DNA of 64,000 nt, taken from Chthoniobacteraceae bacterium (GTDB taxonomy: Bacteria > Verrucomicrobiota > Verrucomicrobiia > Chthoniobacterales > Chthoniobacteraceae). The stretch lies in contig JBEBGD010000012.1 in the NCBI GenBank assembly GCA_040081625.1, positions 1-64,000 on the forward strand, written 5' to 3'. Shown one piece after another: positions 28,401-36,754 of this stretch (positions are counted from its first letter, which is position 1; the number at the start of each line of letters is the position of its first letter). Below the pieces are notes generated by a model. The model saw only the letters and a program-made list of their open reading frames with translations. It was not told where the DNA came from and did not search any database. A program made the position numbers and the translations under genes.

Positions 28401-29126
28401 CGTTCGCCTTACGATGCGTCGCATCCGGCGCCTCAGGCTGGCCGCTACACGATCGTGGCAAATCTGCTTGACGGCGGAGTCGGGCCTGCCACGGGCGCGG
28501 TCCTCACGTGCAATATCACCACCTCGGGCGCCGCGACCTTCAGCGGCCGGCGCGCTCACGGCGGTAGCATCAGCTCCGGCGGGCAACTGCTGGCTGGCGG
28601 GCGGCATCCGTTCTTCCAGGCCATCGGCGCCGTGGCGGTGACCGAGCGACTCGTGGGCGAGTTGGTCTTCGACCGCGCCGCGTCGCCTGCCGTGAGCGGC
28701 ACCTTGAGCTGGCACTTGCCGGTGGGCCTGAATCCGCGGCTGGCCGCGGGCGTGGAGCAGGACTATGCGATGCTCGGCATGCCCTATACGCCAGGTGCAA
28801 ATGCGGCGGCGATGTATTCCCCAGCCGCCACTGCAGCTACGCTCACGTTGGAGCTGCCGAGCGTGCCGGAATCGCCGCTGTCGCTGAGCCTGAATCTCGC
28901 CGGCACCTATTCCCGCGGCTTTCAGCGCGTGCTATCGACGGTCGGGCCGACCCATATCGACATGTTCCCGAGCACCGGATTCTTCTACGGGGAATACAAA
29001 CCGGCGCGCGCCGTGAAACGGCCGTTCTTCGGCGTAGTGCTGCAAGGCGCTGGCTACAACTACGGCCAGGGGAATGCGCTCGACGCGACCACCATTCAGA
29101 ACATGGCGCTGACGGTCGTGCCCTAG
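25428..29126 (+). CDS. Large secreted protein: beta-propeller-like N-region, FN3, cadherin-like Ig and HYR repeats, uncharacterised C-terminal domain
   Basis: ATLSGTVNPN (FN3), DVLANDxDxDGD (x2), ASGSTFPLG/FPIG HYR repeats, C-terminal GNYVGLL...GRYTI...FFGVVLQ. Start uncertain. Confidence 0.82.
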   Translation: MKTIRPLRSLNAHLSHACPASKPSAYRADLASPRERPRLPDSAPRSRAWTGLLQSGLQCLIAGVSAIVALIPSTSAAQTVPGGYSISTYKSGLSTTPYTIAMDPASRDIFFVGSGQSVYRIPAGAGAEQNLGAYGIINAYIAGDLSFSDGQLYLSCFSTQKIAASGGSPVTVATLPSGFGYESGGAVVNGALYVTAGASTSGNVLARVDLATSEVTTLGGVPMNLSSLEYNARDGYLYGVQLVGYGSATFYRINPANGAATALPAPGTGTFNYSTNPTGSGDGDLTLDPTGQYIFFRKTTAIYRYEIASGATTAFATGLSNAVYADDLTFGPSSDGTGLMSLYAVEGSGIVEIAGFGGAPTITAGSATGVTISAATLSGTVNPNALATTAQFEYGVTTSYSGTGSVTVAPNNGTSEQAVSVALSGLNPHTLYHYRLVASNAAGDPATADGTFTTANSLPLAANDTFETPEPGAFEADVLANDGGDPDGDTVTVESVSNAIGGTAAPSSAGTRVLFTPGVGFDGNGSFDYTVTDGFGGTATAHVTLTDTTAPVVVLPAGLSGGTGTGEAGDGGGGNMTAEAQSAAGAVVDFDVTAGDNVLVVSVVNAPASGSTFPLGTTIVTSTATDAAGNVGMSSFTVTVSDTTAPVVSTAGNIVAEATSAAGATVIFSPTAGDAVGVTSLTTNYASGSTFPIGARAVTVTAGDAAGNSGGASFTVTVQDTTAPSFTAVPGTQTVRSNVAGLAPVPNLASQAAATDAVRVTSFTQSPSAGSTVGLGTHTITITARDAAGHISTAAVLLNVLQGNRPPAAAADSEFAARASVLIDVLANDSDIEGDAFTLASVSQPVSGGVARIEAGKVRFTPSATVSAPITFTYTVSDGMDSGTGTVTIKPVSNLSGNYVGLLSDGSTALGRVRLAVSVSGAVSGNVQRDGGTLSFKGSVIGGGLISVFTGAKTPRIPLTVTVGENDASGRSMLVVSVPAPVTGTLTGLLERSPYDASHPAPQAGRYTIVANLLDGGVGPATGAVLTCNITTSGAATFSGRRAHGGSISSGGQLLAGGRHPFFQAIGAVAVTERLVGELVFDRAASPAVSGTLSWHLPVGLNPRLAAGVEQDYAMLGMPYTPGANAAAMYSPAATAATLTLELPSVPESPLSLSLNLAGTYSRGFQRVLSTVGPTHIDMFPSTGFFYGEYKPARAVKRPFFGVVLQGAGYNYGQGNALDATTIQNMALTVVP

Positions 29127-29534
29127 CGCAGGCGGAAGTTGGCTATTGGGAGTCGGCGGGGGGATGTGGACGTTCGGTCCATGTCCTCCCGCCTCTCCGC
29201 TTTCAAGCCCCTCGCCGCCGCGTTCATCCCCGGGCTTGAGCGGCATCACAAAGCCCCATGCCGCCGTGTGTGTGCGAATTCACAAAGGAAGTGCAACACG
29301 GGTGCCCGCCACACCGAGAGTGACGCCAACGAGTCGCGCCGATTCCCACGCCGATGCGCTCGCGTATTTCCGGCGGCTCCGTGAGGCGTATCGCGCTCCC
29401 GGTTGCGATTCATTCGATGGCGTCGTGATGATGCGGGCTGGCTCGGCGTATCCGGTGCAGTTGCGGAGTGCGGCGGAGGAGTGCCGCGTGTGGGTGAAGC
29501 ACCATCTGCTCCCACAACTTTCCCCGGCGGGCAG

Positions 29535-31181
29535 TCACCTTGTCCGGCTTGAGATCACGACGAGCGAGACGGCTTGCCGTGGCAGCATGAAGCGGATCGT
29601 GGCGCTCGCGGCGTTTACTTCGATCGTCTGCGACGCTGCGAGCGGCGCGAGTTGGGCGGCAAGTTCAAGCTCGCGATATTGCACGGGCGTCGGTTGTCGG
29701 GGAGAGCCGAGGCGTTTCCATGCCTCGAATGAATTGCTGTGCTGCGCGTCGATGCGGAAGTGCTCGACCTGCGCGGGCCCGTTCGCGAGCGGCAGGCCGC
29801 CGAGGGACAGCTCGATCTCGGCGTCTGGGCCGGGCACATCGTCGTCGTGGTAGTGCCATGCGAGGACGCAGAGCTTCTTTCCGTCGAGGCTCGCGAGCGC
29901 GGCGACGTCTGCTTTGCCACGCACGCCGGCCTTGAGCATCTCGTCGAGCGGTATGGCGCCGTCGCATTCTGCGGCGATTCGGCGGCCGCTCATTTTGGAA
30001 AACATGCGGAAGACATTCATCACCGGCAGATCGAGCCCGCCGCTGGCGAGCTGGCGGAAGCCGGCGAAGAGCGGCTGATCCTCGAACGTGAACGCCCATG
30101 TCAACGCGCCTTCGAGGTTCACGCCGTGGCGGTCGGCGAGATCGTGTTTGCGCGCGAAGCTCGCGGCGGTGTAGCTCGAATACATCGTCGTGTTGCGGTA
30201 GCCGAGCTGCGGGCCCTGGCACGCGGCACAGCCGTCGGGGTCCGACTCGCCGATCACGATCGGCTTGTTCTTCAACTCAGGAAAACCGGCGATGACGGCG
30301 AAGGCGCGGTCGATGTCGTTGAGCTGATTCGAGATGCCCATCCGCACGTGGCCATCGACAAATTTCGGCGAGCCTTTCGCGTGGAATGAGATGAAGTCGA
30401 TCGGCGTCCCGGCGTTCAGACAGTGCGCGAGAAACTCCGCGAGGAACTTCCCGCCCGGTCCGCCCGCGACATCCGGCCCGCCGACTTTCGCTGTCGGCAA
30501 CGCGCGGCGCACCGCGCGGATCGCGCGATCGTGCAGCACGTAGAATTCGTCCCGCGTGCCGCGCCAGTAGGGGATGTTCGGCTCGTTCCACGTCTGCCAA
30601 TACCAGCGCTCCACTTCCTCGCGCCCGTATTTCTCGACGCAATGTTTCGCCCACTGGAAGACGAGTTCCTCCCACTTCGCGAAGTCCTTCGGCGGATACG
30701 CCCAGCCGCGATAGATATCCTCGTATTTCGCCTTCGGCGTCCACGCGTGCTGATACGGCTCGGGCTTCACCGAGAGCGCCTTCGGCATGAAGCCGATCTG
30801 CGCATACGGTCGCACGCCGCGCGCGAGATACGCGTCGAAGATGCGATCGACGATCGTCCAGTCGTAGATCGGTTTCCCGTCCGCGTCCTCGGTGTAGGCG
30901 TTCGTGCTGCCCCACTTCAGCGCGGGCGTGCCGTCGCCGGTGGTGAGCAGGTTGTGCGTGCGGAAGAACACCTCGCCGCGGCGCAGCTCGCCGAGCTCGC
31001 CGAGCAGTTTGCTGCCGTCTTTCATGTAGGCGTAGTTCGGTTCATCGGCACCGAAGAACCGCCAGATCGGTTTCAGCTCGCCGAGCGGCTTTGCTGCATC
31101 CACGCGGATCGTGACGGGAAACGGGTCAGCAGCGGATGCGGCGGCGACGATGGCGAGGAGCGCGAGCGTTTGGATTCTCAT
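29535..31181 (-). CDS. GH39 glycoside hydrolase (beta-xylosidase-like), secreted
   Basis: Signal peptide MRIQTLALLAIVAAASAA; WNEPN acid/base, DFISFHAK, IGESDP nucleophile; start overlaps the upstream stop. Confidence 0.9.
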   Translation of the reverse strand: MRIQTLALLAIVAAASAADPFPVTIRVDAAKPLGELKPIWRFFGADEPNYAYMKDGSKLLGELGELRRGEVFFRTHNLLTTGDGTPALKWGSTNAYTEDADGKPIYDWTIVDRIFDAYLARGVRPYAQIGFMPKALSVKPEPYQHAWTPKAKYEDIYRGWAYPPKDFAKWEELVFQWAKHCVEKYGREEVERWYWQTWNEPNIPYWRGTRDEFYVLHDRAIRAVRRALPTAKVGGPDVAGGPGGKFLAEFLAHCLNAGTPIDFISFHAKGSPKFVDGHVRMGISNQLNDIDRAFAVIAGFPELKNKPIVIGESDPDGCAACQGPQLGYRNTTMYSSYTAASFARKHDLADRHGVNLEGALTWAFTFEDQPLFAGFRQLASGGLDLPVMNVFRMFSKMSGRRIAAECDGAIPLDEMLKAGVRGKADVAALASLDGKKLCVLAWHYHDDDVPGPDAEIELSLGGLPLANGPAQVEHFRIDAQHSNSFEAWKRLGSPRQPTPVQYRELELAAQLAPLAASQTIEVNAASATIRFMLPRQAVSLVVISSRTR

Positions 31182-34100
31182 TGTGTGATTAGTAAGCGGA
31201 AGAAGCCCTGGGTGCCGGGCGCGAAGGGGATGGAGAAGACGATGTTGTTGCCGGTGCCGGATTCCGGGGCGCCGATCTCGTCCCACTGGCCCGCGGTGAG
31301 ATCGGCGCAGTATTGGAGTTGATACGTGTGGCCGACGACGCTGGCCGGCATCGTGAAGGTCATCGCGGTGCCGCCGGAAGTGAACGCGAGCGTGCCACCG
31401 CGCAGCTCGACGGCGCTGAATGCTGGCGACTCCGCCGTCGCGCCCGCCTCGCTCGAATCGGCGCCGGTGCCGGTGAAGTTCTGCGCCGCGACGACATAGT
31501 AGCGCGCGGCCATTGGGAGGCCGGTGTGGGTGAAGTTCGTGCCGGCGAGCGTGGCGAGCGCCGAGTAGGGGCCGCCGCTCGAGGCGGAGGTCTTCACGAG
31601 ATACGTGCTCGCATTCGCGACCGGATCCCACGCGAGCGCAATCTCCTGCGGGCCGGGCGTGGCGGCGAGGTTCTGCGGCGCGGTCAGCAGCGTTTGGAAA
31701 GTGGTGATCTCACCTGCGGTGAGCGTGCGGGTGTAGATGCGGAAGTCGTCGATGACGCCGTTGAGGCTCGGGTCGGCGCCCCACTGCGAGTCGCCGAGCC
31801 AGTTCATCGTGGTGACCCCGAGCTGAGACGGGCGGTTCGTGACACTCGTGTTGGTGCCGGCGACGGCGCCGTTCACGTAGAGCGTGAGCGTGTTGCCGGA
31901 GAGGGAGACGGCGACGTGATTCCACGTGCCGGCGGTGAGCGCGATGGAACTGTCCACGCCCTGCTCGGCTGCATTCGCCACACGGAAGGCGAAGCGCGGC
32001 TGGCCCGTGGTGCCGGCGCGCTGCGTGGTGAGGAACATGTAGTTCGTCGTGTCGGTGCCGAAGTCGAAAATGCGCGCCCACGTCGCAAACGTGGTCGGAT
32101 TCACCCACGCGGTGATGGTGAAGTCGTCGAGCGTGGACACGATCCCGTTTTGCATCGTGACGCTATCGGCGTTCACGCCGCCGAGCGTGACGGCGTTGCC
32201 GATCTGGCCCGCGACGAAGGCCGCGGCGCCCCCGAGCGTCGCATCCCAGCCATTTCCCGTCGCATCCACCGCATTTGTCCCATTCGTCTCATCGAACTTC
32301 AAATGCACGAGCAGCTCGCTCGGCACGGCGCTGATCTCGTCGGAGGGATTGCTCTCGCCGTGCGTGTTTGTAGCGGTGACGATGTAAAAATACGTGGTGC
32401 CATTTGTGAGCGGGGAGTCGCTGAGGCTGGGCGACGCGAGCCCGTTGGCGACGGGCGCGTAGCCGGTGCCGCTCGTGAGGCTGCGCTTCACGCTGTAGGT
32501 CTGCGCGCCCTGGCTGGCGATCCACGAGAGGTCGATGCGGCTCGATCGCGGCGCGCCGACGACGCCGCTCGGCGGCGCGGGCGCGATGTCGAGCAACGCG
32601 GTGATTTCCGCGCCGCTGAGCGCGTAGTTGTAGATGCGGAAGTCGTCGAGCCTGCCGTTCAGCAGCGGATCGTTCACCCATTGCGAGTCGCCGATGAAAT
32701 TCACCGACGGGCGGAAATCGTCGGGATTGATCGTCATCGCGGTGTTCGTCGCGACGACCGCGCCATCGACGTAGAGCGTGCCGGTGTCGCCGCTGAGCGT
32801 GAACGCGACATGCACCCAACGGCCGCTGGGCATTACGGTCGCATTGATCTGTTGCACGAAGCCGCCGTTGATCATTTCCAAGCGCATGCCACTACCGGCG
32901 TTCGAAGTGAGCTCGAGATACTGGCTGGTGCCGTTCCCGAAGTCGAAGATGCGCTGGTGAAGAGCGCCACCGTTCCAAAAGACGAACGCCGCAATCGTGA
33001 TGTCCTGGTAGCTCGCCGCGCCGTCGGGCAGCGTCACCACGTCATCCGCGCCATCGAGCACGATGCTCTGCGCGGTGCGGCCGGGAATGTAAGCGGGCGA
33101 GCCAGCCGCGTTGCCATTCGCGTTGCCGAGCGCGTCGGCGACGTTGTTCTCAAAGAGCAGATGCGTGCGCAGTCCGAAGCCGAGCACGGTGATGTTCAGC
33201 GTCGCGTCGGCGAAGGCGCTGGTGCCGTCCGTCACGCGCACGGTGAAGACATTCGCACCCACGTCGCCCACGGCGGGCGTGCCCGTGAGCGCGCCACTCG
33301 CCGCGACGGCGAGCCACGCGGGACCGCTGACCTTGCTGAATGTGAGCGTGTCGCCCGCGTCCACGTCGCTCGCATCGCCGGCGAGCGTCGCGAGTGCGAA
33401 CGCGTAGGGCTGGTCGCGTGTGACGGCAGGCTTCGCGATGGGTGACGCGTTCCACGTCGGCGCGTCGTTCACGTTGCCGACGGCGATGTAAAGATTCGCG
33501 TCGTCGGTCGCGCCGCTCGGGTCGGTCACGCGCACGACGAACAAATTCTCGCCGACGTTCGCGTTCGCCGGCGTGCCGGTGAGCGCGCCAGTGCTCGCCA
33601 CGCTCAGCCACGGCGGGCCGCCGACTTTTAAATACGTGAGAGTGCCGCCGTTCGCATCCGTCGCCGAGCCCGCGATCGTCTGCGAATACGCCACGTCCTC
33701 GGTCGCATTCTGCTTCACCATCGGATCGCTCGTGAAAGTCGGCGCGTTGTTCGCGCTCTGTCCCCACACCGCATACACGTCGCTGCCGCTGAGCGCGTGG
33801 TTGTAGATTCGGAAATCGTCGATGCGGCCGCTGAAGAGCGGGTCGCCATTCCACATGCTCTTGCCGAGATAGCAGAAGGTCTGGCCGAAAAGCGGATCGA
33901 CGGTGGCGGTGTCCGCGTCCACCGGCACGCCGTTCACGTAGAGCGTCGCGGTGTCGCCATTGAGCGTCACGGCGACGTGCGTCCATGTCGCCGTGGGCAT
34001 CGCCGGGCCGTCGAGCGTCACGCTGTCGTCGTTGTTGCGCGTCGTCGTGATCTGGAAGCGCAGCGTGTTCGATCCCGACTTTGGCGTGACGAACATGTAT

Positions 34101-36490
34101 TTCTCGATCTCGCTGCCGAAGTCGAAGACGCGCTGCCACGCGCCGCCGCCGTTCCAATACACCCACACGGCGATCGTGATGTCCTGGTAATTCCCGCTGC
34201 CGACCGGGAGCTGCACGAAGTCGTCCACGCCATCGAGGCTCACCGCCTGCCCGCTTTGGCCCACGGCAAAACCCGGCCCGCCCGTCGAGCCGCCCATCGC
34301 CGCGCCATGCCGCGTGCCGACGATGTCGTCGAGCGTGTTCTCGAATGTGTAACGCGTGACGAGCGATTGCGTCACCGCCAGCTCCGCGCTGTTTGCCGTC
34401 TCGCCGCCCGGCGCCTCGGCGGAGACGACGTAGTAATAGGTCGCGCCGTTCGCGACGTTCGGGTCGGTGAAGGTCGTGTCGAGTTCGCGCGCGGTGCCGA
34501 TCGTCGTGTAAGGCCCGCCGCTCGTCGTGGCGCGTTTCACGTTGTAGCTCGTCGCGTAAGCCGAGCCCCACCAGTTCAGCGTGATCTTGTTCGTGCTCCA
34601 ATTTCCCACGAGCCCGCCCGGCACCGCGCCGGTCGCGATCGGATCGAGCGTGAAGGTCAGCGTGCCGAGCCCGAACCAATCCACCTGCGATGGATGATAC
34701 TCCGTGTGTGGCCGGTCTTCGGGCCGGAGCAACTCGGCGACGAGTTTGCTGTAAGGCGCGGCGAGGCCCTTGATGTTCACGTAGTGATTGTAGATCTGCT
34801 CGTAGATCGGGATGAACCCGCTGCGCGGCGCGATCGCGCCCTCGGTGTAGCTCAGCGACGCGTTGCGATGCCGCGTGTAAGGCACGTCGTAGCCGAGGTT
34901 GTATTTCGCGTTGTATTCAAACGCGCGCAGCGCGCGGTTGTTGTCGTAGCCGTAGAGATCGTCGCCCTGGCTCCACGCGATCTGGCAGAGCAGCGCCATC
35001 GCCATCCAGCCGGTAATGCTGTGCGGCTGGTCGCGCCCGGCCTCCTCGCCCTGCCCGAGGCCGTTCGGATGAATCATCCACGCCGCGCGCTCGATGCGGC
35101 CGTTGCCGGGGCCATATTTGAAGTAGTCGATCGCCTGCTCATAGACCGCGCGGTTGTCGCAGAACACGCCGATCGCAGCCATCGAGGCCATGTTGAACGT
35201 GTCCCAGTTCAGGCGGTAGTGCGTGTTGCCGCCCTTGGAAATCGGCGTGCCGTGATGCCGCCACAGGAAGTCGAAGTTCGCGGGGTAAAACACCCGCATC
35301 ATCATGTCCTTGTAGGCCTGCTTATCCGCCATCGGCCAGCCGGGGTAAGTGCTGAGCAGATCGCCGCCGATGGCGAAGAGATACCCGCAGATGCCGGCGG
35401 CGAGTGAGCCGTTCGTGTCGCCGGTGACCCCGAGCAGATCGGACCAGACATTCGCGATCAGCACCGCGCGGTCAGCATACGCGGCGTCGCCCGTGATGTG
35501 CCAGCGCAGCGCCAGCTCGTAGATCGCCTGCGCGTCCTGTTGTGAGCGCGTGTAGTTGTTCGGATTCGCGCCGCCACGATTGATGTAGTCCACGTTGTAA
35601 GGTCCCCACCACGTCTGCGCATACGGGCTCGCGGCGAGGATGTCGTAGTCGGACTTCCACGGCTGCGCATTCGCCGCGACCTTCGCCGCCATGCGCGTGA
35701 GATCGGTCTGCGTGTGCAGCGTGCCGGGATGAGAAAATGGCGCGTATGGCGCGGCCGACGCCGTCATGTTCGCCAGGAAAACTCGGTCGCCCGACAGCGT
35801 CGTGATCGGCCCTCCCCACCATTCACGCGTGTAAGCCGTCCCGCCGGAATACGGATCCGTGCTCGTGCCGAGCCACTCGAAGTAGGTGCCGCTGCCATTG
35901 CCGATTCGGAGATCGAATCCGTAGGTGGTGTTCGGCTCCAGATGCACCGCGAACGGCAGGTTGAATGTGACGTAAGTGCCCGTCCCGTTCGCCGTCTGCC
36001 CGGCGCCCGGGTTGCCCGTTCCGCCTGCGATGAAGTTCTGCGTGCATTGCACGGCATAGGATGTCCCGGTGATCCTGCCGATCTCCACCATGATGGGGCC
36101 GAAGCTCGCGTTCAGGTTCCATGCGGTGCTGTTGGCGCCAGTCGCCGTGTTGTTTGTGTAACCCGCCATTCGCACGGTGACGGAGGTCAGATCGTAGCCG
36201 TTCGCGTTACTGCCGGTCGTGATCGCCTGCCCCTGCCGTGGCCGATCGCCGGCGACGTAGGTGCTTTCATCATTCGCCGCGCCATTGTCCGCGCCGCCAT
36301 CCGCATTAACTCCGGAGCCGCCGATGTTCGCCGCGTCGAAGGCCGCGCCTGTCCAGTTCGCGACGCTCGCCGCGCCTCCCGCGGGCTCGGTCGAGGAATA
36401 CGTGATGGTCGAGTTGAAGGTGAGCGGGTGAGCGCGTAGGCCGGCGGCCAGCGCGAGCAACGCTCCGAGGGGGACAAGCCAGCGGGTCAT
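31178..36490 (-). CDS. Secreted alginate-lyase-like domain + 3 LamG + FN3 + Ig repeats protein
   Basis: HPGTLH, LNWD, GRDQPH, EYNAKYN lyase motifs; LamG 'RVFDFG...DDFRIY' x3; GPxWLxVAxxGALTGTP Ig repeats. Confidence 0.88.
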   Translation of the reverse strand: MTRWLVPLGALLALAAGLRAHPLTFNSTITYSSTEPAGGAASVANWTGAAFDAANIGGSGVNADGGADNGAANDESTYVAGDRPRQGQAITTGSNANGYDLTSVTVRMAGYTNNTATGANSTAWNLNASFGPIMVEIGRITGTSYAVQCTQNFIAGGTGNPGAGQTANGTGTYVTFNLPFAVHLEPNTTYGFDLRIGNGSGTYFEWLGTSTDPYSGGTAYTREWWGGPITTLSGDRVFLANMTASAAPYAPFSHPGTLHTQTDLTRMAAKVAANAQPWKSDYDILAASPYAQTWWGPYNVDYINRGGANPNNYTRSQQDAQAIYELALRWHITGDAAYADRAVLIANVWSDLLGVTGDTNGSLAAGICGYLFAIGGDLLSTYPGWPMADKQAYKDMMMRVFYPANFDFLWRHHGTPISKGGNTHYRLNWDTFNMASMAAIGVFCDNRAVYEQAIDYFKYGPGNGRIERAAWMIHPNGLGQGEEAGRDQPHSITGWMAMALLCQIAWSQGDDLYGYDNNRALRAFEYNAKYNLGYDVPYTRHRNASLSYTEGAIAPRSGFIPIYEQIYNHYVNIKGLAAPYSKLVAELLRPEDRPHTEYHPSQVDWFGLGTLTFTLDPIATGAVPGGLVGNWSTNKITLNWWGSAYATSYNVKRATTSGGPYTTIGTARELDTTFTDPNVANGATYYYVVSAEAPGGETANSAELAVTQSLVTRYTFENTLDDIVGTRHGAAMGGSTGGPGFAVGQSGQAVSLDGVDDFVQLPVGSGNYQDITIAVWVYWNGGGAWQRVFDFGSEIEKYMFVTPKSGSNTLRFQITTTRNNDDSVTLDGPAMPTATWTHVAVTLNGDTATLYVNGVPVDADTATVDPLFGQTFCYLGKSMWNGDPLFSGRIDDFRIYNHALSGSDVYAVWGQSANNAPTFTSDPMVKQNATEDVAYSQTIAGSATDANGGTLTYLKVGGPPWLSVASTGALTGTPANANVGENLFVVRVTDPSGATDDANLYIAVGNVNDAPTWNASPIAKPAVTRDQPYAFALATLAGDASDVDAGDTLTFSKVSGPAWLAVAASGALTGTPAVGDVGANVFTVRVTDGTSAFADATLNITVLGFGLRTHLLFENNVADALGNANGNAAGSPAYIPGRTAQSIVLDGADDVVTLPDGAASYQDITIAAFVFWNGGALHQRIFDFGNGTSQYLELTSNAGSGMRLEMINGGFVQQINATVMPSGRWVHVAFTLSGDTGTLYVDGAVVATNTAMTINPDDFRPSVNFIGDSQWVNDPLLNGRLDDFRIYNYALSGAEITALLDIAPAPPSGVVGAPRSSRIDLSWIASQGAQTYSVKRSLTSGTGYAPVANGLASPSLSDSPLTNGTTYFYIVTATNTHGESNPSDEISAVPSELLVHLKFDETNGTNAVDATGNGWDATLGGAAAFVAGQIGNAVTLGGVNADSVTMQNGIVSTLDDFTITAWVNPTTFATWARIFDFGTDTTNYMFLTTQRAGTTGQPRFAFRVANAAEQGVDSSIALTAGTWNHVAVSLSGNTLTLYVNGAVAGTNTSVTNRPSQLGVTTMNWLGDSQWGADPSLNGVIDDFRIYTRTLTAGEITTFQTLLTAPQNLAATPGPQEIALAWDPVANASTYLVKTSASSGGPYSALATLAGTNFTHTGLPMAARYYVVAAQNFTGTGADSSEAGATAESPAFSAVELRGGTLAFTSGGTAMTFTMPASVVGHTYQLQYCADLTAGQWDEIGAPESGTGNNIVFSIPFAPGTQGFFRLLITQ

Positions 36491-36569
36491 CAAATGGGTG
36501 GGGTCGCGTGAGCGGTGAACGTTCTCGGTCGCGGGGAATGCGGCGGAAGGTTTCGGCTTGGTGCGAAAA

Positions 36570-36749
36570 TCATTTCTCGGCCTCCTCGCGCCAGTTTCGC
36601 GCGCGGTGCCAGAACATCACGAGCGCCGCACCGGGAAACCCGGCGACCAGCAGCGCTGACAAGTATGCGCCCGCGCTCACCAGAGAGCCGGCGAACACCG
36701 CGAGCGGCACGAGTGCGCTGCTCATTATGATTCGTCGGATGCGAGTCAT
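36570..36749 (-). CDS. Small putative membrane protein (59 aa)
   Basis: ATG 5 nt after the upstream stop, same strand; one long hydrophobic segment (one or two TM helices) and a charged tail WHRARNWREEAEK. Confidence 0.5.
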   Translation of the reverse strand: MTRIRRIIMSSALVPLAVFAGSLVSAGAYLSALLVAGFPGAALVMFWHRARNWREEAEK

Positions 36750-36754
36750 TCGGC

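Noticed and set aside
29269..29284. CRP/FNR-like site TGTGT-N6-TCACA
   Set aside because: Single copy between convergent genes with no clear target; could be chance.
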